Assembly: GCA_039208735.1 (NCBI GenBank)
Contig: JBCCQY010000003.1
Coordinates: 32,001 to 96,000, forward strand
Direction: 5' to 3'
Source: Myxococcota bacterium
Lineage (GTDB): Bacteria > Myxococcota_A > UBA796 > GCA-2862545
Length of the DNA stretch: 64,000 nucleotides
Both the position numbers and the translations under genes were made by a program. A model generated the notes under the pieces. The model was not told the DNA's origin. It was given only the letters and a program-made list of their open reading frames with translations, and searched no databases. Below, piece by piece: positions 1 to 9,543 of the stretch (the first letter of the stretch is position 1; each line of letters opens with the position of its first letter).

Positions 1-1
1 G

Positions 2-1375
2 CCCACCTCGGTGCGTGGACCAGAGTTCGAGCTACCGCCCATGAGCATGGAGACGCCCACCCTCGATGCGGCGGCCCAGCAGCAAGAGCCGGCTCCCTTG
101 GTCGATGTCAATGTCACGAACGCCAAAGACGGGCCGAGCTTCATCGACAACCTCGGCAACACGGTTTCCGAGCAGCTGCGCAACCACAGCGACCGCATTC
201 AGCTCCATGCCATGGTGAACTTTCCCGCCAACGGGGCCCTCGAATGGGGCTTTGGGGTCAAAGGGTTCATCGGCATCGACAACCAAGACCGCATCGAGGC
301 CTCGCTGTCGGTGCCGTTGCAGGGCACGTTGTCGTTGAGGCTCGGCATCCTCTCGGGCTACTTCCAGTTCCAAACTCGCCCGTTCATCGATGTGCGAGCA
401 GAGTCGGCGCACGAGCTGTTTGATCTCGTTTGGTACGCCCTGTACGACATTGTCGACGCCATTCCCTCGAGCAGCTGGTGGATCGACCACTTGTTCGACC
501 CCAACCAGGTCGATGCGGTGGTGCAAGACTGGGAAGAAGGGGAGTACGTCGCTTACGGAATGGCGGGTTCCCTCGCCGCGGGGGCACACGCTTACAAGCA
601 GCGCGGTGGCGATGTGCCGCTCACGAGTGGGATGACCCTCGACGGGCGGGTGGAAGGCACCTTGATGCGGCGCCTCGAGGGGCAAGGCGGCGGTCAGGCG
701 CCCGAGGCCACCAACTACGGCCAATTCACCGCATTGGGCCAAATGCGACCCGGCGAGGCGGGCAAACGTGCGCTTGGGGCGGTTACAGGCGGTCGATTGG
801 GTGTAGATCGCCTCGACGTTGAGTACGACGCGACGACACCCCTCGACGGACAAGGCCCGACGATCCAGGCCAATCGCTACACGGTGCGGCTCAAGGTCAA
901 TCCCGAGCGACGCGGCCTTGAGACCCCCAACTACGAGAACCTCAACGCGCTCCTCAGGCCCGCTTTGGGCCTCGATGTCATCCTGCAGCTCTTCGATGAG
1001 AATTCGGCGGTGCGCCATCTCTTCCGCGGGGAAGAGTCTCGCGTGGAAGCCGCGCTAGATGCGGCGACCTCGAACACCGCGACGGTTCTGCTGGCCCGGC
1101 TCATCGCGCCGCTCGACAAGATGCCCAGGACGCACCGTCCCGGGGGGCAAATCTTCGAGGCCGCGCTCTATCCGACCATCAGCGTGTACGACGTGCGTGA
1201 AGTGCGGAACGGCCAGACGACGAAACGGGATGTACGGTTCCGCGTTGAACTCGTGGTGGACTTCAAGCACACCTTCCAGGACAGCCTGCGCAATGGACGC
1301 CCCGACCCGCAGGACCGTACCTACCTCAACCTGATGACGTTCAATCGCCTCGTCGACATCTCCTGGACGCTCTGA
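2..1375 (+). CDS. Hypothetical protein, possibly 5'-partial
   Basis: Long ORF whose frame is open back to the window start; no family recognised. Confidence 0.7.
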   Translation, partial: PTSVRGPEFELPPMSMETPTLDAAAQQQEPAPLVDVNVTNAKDGPSFIDNLGNTVSEQLRNHSDRIQLHAMVNFPANGALEWGFGVKGFIGIDNQDRIEASLSVPLQGTLSLRLGILSGYFQFQTRPFIDVRAESAHELFDLVWYALYDIVDAIPSSSWWIDHLFDPNQVDAVVQDWEEGEYVAYGMAGSLAAGAHAYKQRGGDVPLTSGMTLDGRVEGTLMRRLEGQGGGQAPEATNYGQFTALGQMRPGEAGKRALGAVTGGRLGVDRLDVEYDATTPLDGQGPTIQANRYTVRLKVNPERRGLETPNYENLNALLRPALGLDVILQLFDENSAVRHLFRGEESRVEAALDAATSNTATVLLARLIAPLDKMPRTHRPGGQIFEAALYPTISVYDVREVRNGQTTKRDVRFRVELVVDFKHTFQDSLRNGRPDPQDRTYLNLMTFNRLVDISWTL

Positions 1376-1379
1376 GCCG

Positions 1380-2459
1380 TCAGTCCGCGCCAAACCAGCG
1401 AGCATGGATTTGCGCGATGGTGCCGTCTTCGCGGAGCTTGAGCAGGGCCCGGTTCACCGGCTCGACGAGCGGGCTGTTCTCGGGGAACGCGATGGCGTAC
1501 TTCTCGGGCTTCAGCATCTCGCCCACCACGCGCACCTGCTTTCGGCCCTTGGTGGCGGCAAAGTAATCGAGGATCGGCGCGTCGTGTACGACAGCGTCGA
1601 GGTCTTTGTCGGTTAGCGCCTGGAACAGCGCGTCGGTGTCGGGGTACTCGATGCGGCCGACGGACCGTTGGTCGAGGAACTCCGCCGCGGTTGAGCCGGC
1701 TGTCGTCCCAACCCGCTTCCCGTACAGGTCGTTGACCCCAGAGATGTTGGATTGCAGCTCCGCGACCGTCAACGTGGCGGTGATTTGGGCCACGAAGGCC
1801 GAAACGATGAACAATGACCCCACCACCAGGAGCACCGCGAACAGGCGACCGAGTACCGTCTGGGGCATGCGCTCTTCGAAACCTCCGTTCACGATGAGGT
1901 TTAAGGCCCACCAAAAGCCCCGGAACGCCCCTTCGCCGTAGTCGGTCTGGAAGTACTCTTGCTCACGGCGTTCGAGCAGCCACATCACGTTGCCGATGAC
2001 AAACAGCAGCACGGTGGCCGCCGCGACCAGCCCCAGCATCTGCCAGGTGAAGATGGCACCCAGAATTGAGGTGGAACCACCATCCGCAGAAATCATGACC
2101 CGAAGGCCCGCATCGAACATGGGCTGGGAGAAGTCGAGTACCTCTTCGCGCTTTGACGAGACCGTGATGTTGGCGATGCCTGCGTCCACTCGGCCTTCGC
2201 GGACCTGGTCGAGCAGCGCAGGAATGGTCCGTGCTTCGATGAACTCGGTCTCGCGGCCCAGCGCATTCGCGACCTCTCGCCACAGATCGATGGAAAACCC
2301 ATTGAACTCCTCACCGTTCTTCATCGCGAACGGAGGGCGTTCGAGGGTCGCCACACGAAGTGGGCCTCCTTCGGTCTCGGGTTCCTGTGCTTGAGCGACG
2401 CTGCCGAACAGGGCGGCGCAGACCATTCCGATCCAGACGACAACGAGCCAACGACGCAC
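1380..2459 (-). CDS. GluR0-like ligand-gated ion channel (PBP2 S1-TM1-pore-TM2-S2)
   Basis: Signal peptide; family-3 solute-binding motifs (LRVATLERPPF, GFSIDLW, ITVSSKREEVLDFSQP, YAIAFP) split by TM1, pore helix GFWWAL and TM2. Confidence 0.85.
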   Translation of the reverse strand: MRRWLVVVWIGMVCAALFGSVAQAQEPETEGGPLRVATLERPPFAMKNGEEFNGFSIDLWREVANALGRETEFIEARTIPALLDQVREGRVDAGIANITVSSKREEVLDFSQPMFDAGLRVMISADGGSTSILGAIFTWQMLGLVAAATVLLFVIGNVMWLLERREQEYFQTDYGEGAFRGFWWALNLIVNGGFEERMPQTVLGRLFAVLLVVGSLFIVSAFVAQITATLTVAELQSNISGVNDLYGKRVGTTAGSTAAEFLDQRSVGRIEYPDTDALFQALTDKDLDAVVHDAPILDYFAATKGRKQVRVVGEMLKPEKYAIAFPENSPLVEPVNRALLKLREDGTIAQIHARWFGAD

Positions 2460-2644
2460 TCAGACCTCCGAGACGCCCCGCTTACTCCGATTCGGCTGCA
2501 CGGGCTCTTGCAATGAAGCCCTGGGTGAAACATCTGGACTGTCCAGCCCCATCGTTGACCCGAGTGGCGGGAATGCGACGAGGCCCAGCTTGTTGAGTTG
2601 CTTTAGCCCTAGGAGTCGCCAGGTTCTCCGCGCTGCCCGACCGC

Positions 2645-3065
2645 GTGTTCGTGTCCCACAGTTACCAAGACGCAGCCGTGGTCGAGGCCCTGGTGGCCCG
2701 GTGGCCGGATCTTGGGATGAGGGCCTTGTACCTCACGGGTGGCGCTTCCCAGGCCTCCTTCTGGACGTCGTTCGAGCGGGATTACGCGGCGCGCGCGGGG
2801 CTTCCGGTGTTTCGCTGGGACCCCGCCGCCGAACACCTCACCCCCGACGAAGCACCGCCCCTCAACCTGGACGTTCAGGTGGTGTTTCATTCGCGCGACC
2901 GCGACCGCACCACCGAGCTGACCCGCTTCATGGAAAAGGAACGCCACGTTGTGCTCGATCCGACGGTGAGCTACACCTCGTTTGGTGGGATCAAGGGCGG
3001 TCCGGCCTATGAGATCGAGCAGATGCTGATTCGCGGGGGCGCTTTACTGTGGCTCGGCTCCTCAG
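2645..3065 (+). pseudogene. Truncated tandem TIR-like protein
   Basis: VFVSHSYQD...SFWTSFE (TIR betaA and alphaC Glu), then a second unit VQVVFHSRD. The first unit looks internally deleted and the second runs into an IS110 fragment. Confidence 0.5.
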
Positions 3066-3252
3066 ATGGGCTGCCGCGATGTACGCGGACGGTCGCGCGC
3101 GAGGTCAGAACGTGGCCACAGTGTATCGCCGCATCACACGGAGCTTGTTGCGCATCCTGACCTCGATGTTCCGAACCGGAACCCCCTACGATGATGGCAG
3201 GTACACGGCTGCGCTCAAGGCCAACGGCGTTTCGTGGGCCATGGGTCTTTGA
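3066..3252 (+). mobile_element. IS110/IS116-family transposase C-terminal remnant
   Basis: WAAAMYADGRARGQNVATVYRRITRSLLRILTSMFRTGTPYD resembles the terminal helices of IS110 transposases; the catalytic domains are absent. Confidence 0.65.
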
Positions 3253-3453
3253 CCTGATCGTTGTGGCGTCGTAGCAGAGCTGGTAGGAAAGGTCGTCTCG
3301 GGCCGTTGAGTCGCGGAAGCAGGGACGCTTGCCTCCGCGGTGAGCCCTCTCTTCATTCGGACCACGAAGAACTCTTGGCGAAGCTCCTAGTGGCCGCCTT
3401 GATACCAGAAGCGGCCGCACACGGCCCGACCAAGCTGACCCTCCTTCTAACCT

Positions 3454-6400
3454 TTATGGACAAAACCAGCTTCCGACGCAATCCGAGTCGTCGCAGTCGA
3501 TATCGCCATCGCCATCCTCGTCTTGACCGCCCGTACAGGAGTACTCGAAGCACACGTTGCGTCCAAAGCGCCCGAGCGGGCCACAGGCGGGGTCATCGCA
3601 ATCGACACTGCCATCGTTGTCGTTGTCGATACCGTCTTCACAATACTCGCAAGGGCAGTTGATGCAATTTTCGGCCTCGAGGTAGCAGTCGGAGTCGTCA
3701 CAGTCGACGTACCCGTCACTATCGTCGCTCCAGCCATTGATGCACTCGGCACCGGTCTCCAGGCACTCGTCCGCAAGATCGCAGTCGGTGTCCAAGCAGT
3801 CCACTTGGCCATCGTCGTCGAGGTCTCGAAAGTCGCCGCAGTCGGACTCGGCAGCTTCGAGGAGCGCAATGTTGAGCTGAAACGGTCCCTCGTCTTGAGG
3901 AACTCGGCTCGCATCGACAACCAGGGTGACAAGCTCACCGGCGGTGACCGACCGCGTGAGCTGGGCACCATTGTTGCCGTGGAGGTCGCATTGAAGCTCG
4001 GTGCCGCCGAGTTCGTCGAAAGTGCACAGCGCGGGCCGCCGGAATGGCTGTGGGAACTCGACGAGATCAAAGACCAGCGTGCCCGTGATCGGCGAGACGA
4101 AGGCGATCGCCGCATCTTTGCCTTGCCCGCTCGCACAAGAGCAGCTCCAATCATCGCCGAGCGTAGCGAGCGTGGCGTCCACCACTGCCGTGCCTAGTTC
4201 GTCTACCTCGAAGTCGTAGAGGTCACAGGTTCCGATGCCGAGGCAAGATGGATCGTGGCAGTCGATGCGACCATCCAGGTTGTCGTCCACGCCATTGCTG
4301 CAGTTCTCCACGCAAGTCGGTTCGGAGAAACAATCGTCGTCGTAGCAGTCGATCGAACCGTCCGCATCGTTGTCGATGGCATCGCCGCAGTGCTCGATGC
4401 ACTCGGGTTCGCCCTTACAGTCCTTGTCGACACAGTCGATGCGGAAGTCCAGGTCATCGTCGAGGCCATCGTCACAGATGTATTCGAAGCAGGCCGGATC
4501 GGCTGCGCAATCGCTGTCGAAGCAGTCGCGGTCGCCGTCGAAATCGAGGTCTCGCCCATCGTGGCAATCCTGTTCTGTGACCTGGAGTTCTGCGACATTG
4601 AGCGTGAACGCGCGACCCTCGGCGGTGGAGGTATGGTCGTCGATGACGAGCGTCGCGGTTTGGCCGGCCAACATCGCGACCAGGACGTGGGATGGGTCGT
4701 AGGACCATCCCATATCACAGGCGAGTTCATTGCCTCCGCACGTGTTGAGGACCGAGAGCATGGCATTGGTGGGCGTACCCACTAGATCGAAGACGTACGC
4801 GCCATCGCGAGGCGCCGTGAACTCGACGGTCCGATCCGCACCACCGACGTAGAACGCACAGGAACTCTGGGCGTCGTCCGACGCACCGGTCAGATCACCG
4901 GTGACGGTGCCCACGTCATTCATCGTGGCCTCTGGGCAGGTTGCCCCGCAAAGCGGTGACGTCAGGCCACAGATCGGATCTGCACAGTCGATCTTGCCCG
5001 TGCTGTTATTGTCGATTCCGTCATCGCAATCCTCGTCACAGCTGGGAAGCAACCAACAGTCCGCGTCTCGACAGTCCGCGTCACCGTCGGCATCTTCGTC
5101 ACGTCCGTCCCCACAGTCGATCTCGTACTGGGGGACCCCGGAGAGTACAACGGTGGTGAGCGTCTCCCGAACCAGTCCCGCGGGCACGGCCACGGGGGGC
5201 GGCGGCGGACCCAAGAGAGGTTCACCGCTCGTGAGTACGGCGCCCGGGAGGGCCTCGGCGCGGAGAGTAAAACGATAGACTCCGCTGTGGCCGTAATGGT
5301 TGAAGGTCGCCGAATATAGTCCGTCGTTTGCAACGCCGTCCTCGTTCTGGCCATCATCGTATAAATCGATGGCGATGATGGAGCCGTCGGGCCGGTGGAC
5401 CTCTCCTGCGACCAGTGCACCCGCGACGGGCCGTCCATCGTACTGGAGGACGGCCTGGACGATGGCTGAATCAGGCCACTCGATTTCATCGTCGAGGACG
5501 ACGCCGGTGAGCGAGACGCCGGGGTGAGCAAACACCGGCGCCAGCCTGGCGTTCCCGTCGACGATGGTCGTCCCGTAGAGATCGACTTCCCACGTGCCCG
5601 TCTCCGGCATGAGGACGGTGAAGTAGGCGTGGCCATTGCCGTCCTCCTCGTACACGAGATCTGGGTCGGTTGCAGCATCCAGCGGGGTCAGGGTCACACC
5701 GGATGGCGTGAGCAGAGACATCTCCACGTCATCTTGTGGGTCGGTTTCCAGTACGAAGCTGACACTCTCGACCCCGGGCTCTACAAACGCGGCCTCGGTG
5801 GTGGTGGCCGACGGTCCGATCGGGGCGTAGAGCGACTCGCCAGAGTCTCGTCCGACGGTGGGGTTCAGCATGTTAAGGACGGAGTCGAAGACTTCGCTTT
5901 GGGTCTTGACGTTCGCGAACTGTCCTCCCGTCTTCTTCGCCAGCTTTTGAAGCCGCGTCGTCCTCACCGCGTCGAGCTTCCCAATGCCCACGACCCACGC
6001 AGCGACGCCTGTATTCCGGAACGCCGTGATCGCATCATCAACGTCGTTACACCCCGGGTTTGCTTCGCAACAGTGGTCGTGGCCGCTCGCAAGTACGATG
6101 ACGACGGAATGGCAGCTCGCCCCGGTCTGTGACTGGACGACCGATAGGCCGTGAAGCAATCCCTCACCAAGTGGAGGACCGAACTCGACATCCTCGTTGG
6201 TCGCGCTGATGGTCGACACGGCGGTGTTCAGCGTTACACGGTTGGCGTCGAGATCCTGCAGCCCGGCGTGCGTCTGGGCCGTGCAGTCGAACGACGAGAC
6301 ACCCAGCTGAATGGGCTCGGGCTGCACCATGTCGTGTTGGACGAGTTGGCTTGCGATCTCCTTCGCCAGGTCGAGCCGGCCGCCCTGCATCCGACGAGAC

Positions 6401-7224
6401 CGGTCGAGCACCAACGCGATCCGCATCGCCCCACTACTCACGACTTGAAAGTTGACTGGAGCCACGGTGGGGGGGCTGCTCTGCGGAGCCCCGCTCGGCG
6501 GGGTGGCCTTTCGCCTGGGGTGGGTCGCAATGGTCTCCCAGCACGACTTTCCGTGTTTCTTTTGTTGGGCCGTGTCGCCGTCGGGATCGTGGTTGGCCGA
6601 CGTACAGAATTCATTGAGGGTGAAGCCGGCCCCTGTCGCCTTGCCTCCTCTCCTCTGGTAGTCATCCATCAAGCAAAAATCGAGTGTGGGTGCATCCTGG
6701 TAGTTTCCGTTGCTGTCACGAGTCGCCGGCGCGCACTCGACTCCTGCCGCCACATCGTCCGCGTACTCATCGTAAAGGCCGAGCGCGAAGTGGCCCCACT
6801 CATGGGCGATCGTATACCCAGCTTCCTCCACGGTCAGGAACTCTTCCGGCCAATAGAGTTTGACGGCGTGTTTGTAGACGCCGTACATGTCCGGCGAGGC
6901 GTGTCCTCTATCTAATTTATTGAGGATCGTTGTGTCCGCCGCACGCAGAAATTTCGCGTTTTTGACGATGGTGACTTTCCCGAAACGCTGTTGCCCATCA
7001 GTTGCGTCGGCGAACACCTCGTTTCCCCTCTCGATAGAGGCCTTGATCTTGTCAACCTCGGCCGTTGAGGCGTTCCAGTCCAGGTTCACACAAAAGTCGT
7101 AGGTACCCCCTTGCTCGTTGAATACTCCCGTTCCGGCATGGACTTCCGATATCGAAATCAGCACTCCGAGGAGTGCCGCGAGCCATCGCATGCCGGCAAA
7201 CCTAAGGCTTTGTTTCAGTCGCAT
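3454..7224 (-). CDS. Secreted CLCA-like zinc metalloprotease: MP domain, vWA, beta-rich domain, PPC-like domains and Cys/Asp repeats
   Basis: Signal peptide; HEWGHFALGLYDEY; EFCTSANH..SCWETI; IALVLDRS; LYDDGQNEDGVANDGLYS; RBS AAGGAG. Confidence 0.85.
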   Translation of the reverse strand: MRLKQSLRFAGMRWLAALLGVLISISEVHAGTGVFNEQGGTYDFCVNLDWNASTAEVDKIKASIERGNEVFADATDGQQRFGKVTIVKNAKFLRAADTTILNKLDRGHASPDMYGVYKHAVKLYWPEEFLTVEEAGYTIAHEWGHFALGLYDEYADDVAAGVECAPATRDSNGNYQDAPTLDFCLMDDYQRRGGKATGAGFTLNEFCTSANHDPDGDTAQQKKHGKSCWETIATHPRRKATPPSGAPQSSPPTVAPVNFQVVSSGAMRIALVLDRSRRMQGGRLDLAKEIASQLVQHDMVQPEPIQLGVSSFDCTAQTHAGLQDLDANRVTLNTAVSTISATNEDVEFGPPLGEGLLHGLSVVQSQTGASCHSVVIVLASGHDHCCEANPGCNDVDDAITAFRNTGVAAWVVGIGKLDAVRTTRLQKLAKKTGGQFANVKTQSEVFDSVLNMLNPTVGRDSGESLYAPIGPSATTTEAAFVEPGVESVSFVLETDPQDDVEMSLLTPSGVTLTPLDAATDPDLVYEEDGNGHAYFTVLMPETGTWEVDLYGTTIVDGNARLAPVFAHPGVSLTGVVLDDEIEWPDSAIVQAVLQYDGRPVAGALVAGEVHRPDGSIIAIDLYDDGQNEDGVANDGLYSATFNHYGHSGVYRFTLRAEALPGAVLTSGEPLLGPPPPPVAVPAGLVRETLTTVVLSGVPQYEIDCGDGRDEDADGDADCRDADCWLLPSCDEDCDDGIDNNSTGKIDCADPICGLTSPLCGATCPEATMNDVGTVTGDLTGASDDAQSSCAFYVGGADRTVEFTAPRDGAYVFDLVGTPTNAMLSVLNTCGGNELACDMGWSYDPSHVLVAMLAGQTATLVIDDHTSTAEGRAFTLNVAELQVTEQDCHDGRDLDFDGDRDCFDSDCAADPACFEYICDDGLDDDLDFRIDCVDKDCKGEPECIEHCGDAIDNDADGSIDCYDDDCFSEPTCVENCSNGVDDNLDGRIDCHDPSCLGIGTCDLYDFEVDELGTAVVDATLATLGDDWSCSCASGQGKDAAIAFVSPITGTLVFDLVEFPQPFRRPALCTFDELGGTELQCDLHGNNGAQLTRSVTAGELVTLVVDASRVPQDEGPFQLNIALLEAAESDCGDFRDLDDDGQVDCLDTDCDLADECLETGAECINGWSDDSDGYVDCDDSDCYLEAENCINCPCEYCEDGIDNDNDGSVDCDDPACGPLGRFGRNVCFEYSCTGGQDEDGDGDIDCDDSDCVGSWFCP
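3457..5115 (-). repeat. Ten intragenic CxDGxDxDxDGxxDCxDxDC repeats (2+4+4)
   Basis: Examples: CGDGRDEDADGDADCRDADC and CEDGIDNDNDGSVDCDDPAC. The groups are separated by two PPC-like beta domains. Confidence 0.9.
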
Positions 7225-7244
7225 ATTGCTCCTTTAGCCAATAT

Positions 7245-7448
7245 GCACTAGCATAAAGCCGATTATTTCATCATAGATCAAGCTGAATTTAACTTGATGA
7301 CACACTGTTCTTTAGTGGAGTTGAATTGGAGCGGTCAGGTCGGCTGACGCGAATTTCGGGGTAAGGAATCGAAGGTTCGGAACGCGGAGGTGTCCGGTTG
7401 GGTCTAGTCTTTCTTTTCCTCGGGACCTTGTCGTGCTCAAACCATCGG
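7245..7448 (+). repeat. ~200 bp imperfect direct repeat, copy 1 (AT-rich divergent promoter region plus lipoprotein 5' end)
   Basis: Aligns with 8206-8413; identical core aatttcggggtaaggaatcgaagg at 7352-7375 and 8317-8340. Confidence 0.9.
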
Positions 7449-8009
7449 GCTGCCACGCTCCCGAGCCCCAGCGAGCCACCGGCCGTGGCCACATCGCGAC
7501 CCGAAGTCCCCTCGCGCGACGCCTCGCTACGAGCGTGGCTCGACGTTCTCAACCCCGAGTTGACACTGCGAGCGCCCAAGGAGATCCTGCGGCGTATCGA
7601 CGAGCAACAGGTGCGCATCGTTGGCACTCCTTCTCCCCCCGTGCTTCGTGAAGCCCTCGAGATGGCGGCAAAGCTCTGTAGCTACGAGTTGTCGTGGCTG
7701 TTTCACTTTGCGACTTTCCATCACGTCATTGTCGAGTGCATGGACCCGCCTCCGCTCGGATGCACGACGAAGCCCGGTGAACTCATCATTCTCTACTTCG
7801 TGCCTGTGCCGTCGCAGAGAGTCAGCGAGGTCATCAGATGGCTTTCACAATACGACCCCCAGGTGGATTTGCGTGCCGCCGGGCTGGCGAGCGAAGGCAT
7901 CATGATTCTGGCCGAGCCGCACGGCCGGGTGCAGAAGATTGAGCGTACAGCAGTGGACCTCCGTCGGTGGGTCGAATCACAGTCCCCACTCCATCCAGAA
8001 GGCGAATAG
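7398..8009 (+). CDS. Hypothetical lipoprotein
   Basis: GGAGG RBS, TTG start, hydrophobic leader LVFLFLGTLSC. Confidence 0.65.
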   Translation: MGLVFLFLGTLSCSNHRAATLPSPSEPPAVATSRPEVPSRDASLRAWLDVLNPELTLRAPKEILRRIDEQQVRIVGTPSPPVLREALEMAAKLCSYELSWLFHFATFHHVIVECMDPPPLGCTTKPGELIILYFVPVPSQRVSEVIRWLSQYDPQVDLRAAGLASEGIMILAEPHGRVQKIERTAVDLRRWVESQSPLHPEGE

Positions 8010-8205
8010 CGGGCACTTCGCACAGGCCGACACAGCGGTCGAAGTCGCTGATGGCGAGTTTCAAGGTTGCCTTGGCTTCGAAGATGCAGTCCCACTTGAG
8101 GGGCGAACCTAATGGGTCGACGTGGAGATCAAAGCTGATGGAAAACAACATCTTCAGGAATACGCGTGGTTCACAACGTCGCGAGTTCGACGCCAGGCCT
8201 TCGAA

Positions 8206-8413
8206 GCACGTAGCATAAACCGATAGTTTCATCATCGACCGAGCCAGCTTTACAGTAACTTTGATGGCACACTGTTCTCAGAAAATTGAATCCCAGCGGT
8301 CAGGTTGGCTGGCGCAAATTTCGGGGTAAGGAATCGAAGGCTCGGAACGTGGAAGTGTCAGGTTGGGTCAAGTTTTTCTTTTCCTCGGGGCCTTGTCGTG
8401 CTCGAGCCACCGG
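8206..8413 (+). repeat. ~200 bp imperfect direct repeat, copy 2
   Basis: Diverged duplicate of 7245-7448. Confidence 0.9.
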
Positions 8414-8518
8414 TCCGTGGCGACAGCCAATCACGAGCACGGTCGCCTGGGCATCGTCGATGGCGCGGCGGCTCCGCGCGAGCCACCGGCTCGGGCCGGA
8501 GCATGGTCCGATTATTAA
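8363..8518 (+). pseudogene. 51-aa truncated paralog of the 7398 lipoprotein (or a small lipopeptide)
   Basis: Translated by hand: MGQVFLFLGALSCSSHRS...WSDY*, which shares its signal peptide with the 7398 ORF; the RBS is degraded to GGAAG. Confidence 0.45.
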
Positions 8519-8637
8519 GGTGTTGGGCTTGGGTTACGACGACCGGCGGAAATTGATCCCACTCTAACCTGGCCAATAGTCGAAGGGTGGCGGCTCATTC
8601 CAGCACTGCTACGGCCACCCCTTCATCGTGAACACGC

Positions 8638-9543
8638 TCATCGGACACGCTCCAACGTGACGATCTCGCCGGCGGGGCTCTCGATGGTCGGCGTCGACGT
8701 GCCACGGGCGACGTCGTCGACCCGGAAGACTTGGCTCGAGCCGCCATTGCTGGCGAGGACGGGCACGTAGGCGATGTCATCGACAACAAAGGCGTCGAAG
8801 GGATTCGTGCCGGTCAGCGGCGCGTCTCGCAGGACGGTCGTCTCGCCGCCGGGGAGCGTCAGCACAGACCATCGCCACAGTTCGCCGTTGATGAACCGAA
8901 TGAGGTCCAGGACGTTGCTCGGGTCGAACGAAGACGGCTCTTCTTCATCGTCGTAGACCATAGTCAAGAAACGACCTTCTCCGATGCCCACCGGCCCGTT
9001 CGCCACGAATGGCCGCCCGGTCGATTCGGCCAGGTTCAGGTAGAAATCGGGATCGAACTGCTCTTCGCCTTCACGAATCCGCACGAGGCACGGCGGTGGC
9101 AGATCCGGCTCGACGAGATTCCCTGCTCCGTCGCCTCCCTCCCCGACCAGATAGAACGCGCCGTCGTGGGCGAATCCACGATGACCGTAGGCGCACCGTG
9201 CGTCTTCCACCACCCGCAGCAGACGCTCTTCGGAGACCCAAAAGACCGCTACCGTGACGGACGGGATTAGATCGATGGTGTCGATGTTCGCCCAGGCCAG
9301 CGAGACGTACAGCTCGTCTCCCACGAGGACCGGCGGGCTGAATCGTGGCCCCGGAAAGCCCTCCCGCTGCATGTCTGGACCGTCGATGGCCCCGACGAGC
9401 TCCATCGCCTCTGGGTCAAAGACGATCAGCTGCCCGCTGAAGTCGAAGTAGAAGGCGCGAGTCGGTGACAAGAAGGTCGTCGTGTCGTTGGAGCTGGTGA
9501 CCCCCAAGTTGGCCATGCTGAGGCGGGCTTCTTCTTCGACCTG
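8638..9543 (-). pseudogene. MxcI/DUF4374-like protein lacking its N-terminus
   Basis: EEARLSMANLG, DARC, PPCLVRI..FDPDFYLNL motifs; no signal peptide; the frame begins right after the upstream gene's TAG. Confidence 0.55.

Noticed and set aside
3457..5115. Periodic gtcg/cagtc repeats as a possible CRISPR array or DNA repeat
   Set aside because: Explained by protein-level Cys/Asp repeats; there are no identical repeats with unique spacers and no cas genes.
7900..8235. 111-aa reverse ORF next to repeat copy 2
   Set aside because: It starts inside the repeated promoter, overlaps the lipoprotein gene and shows no similarity to the CLCA N-terminus.
8265..8282. TGGCAC as a sigma-54 -24 box
   Set aside because: No TTGC at the required -12 spacing, and repeat copy 1 reads TGACAC.
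8582..8624. gggtggc/gccaccc inverted repeat as a terminator
   Set aside because: Long loop and no U-tract; too weak to call.
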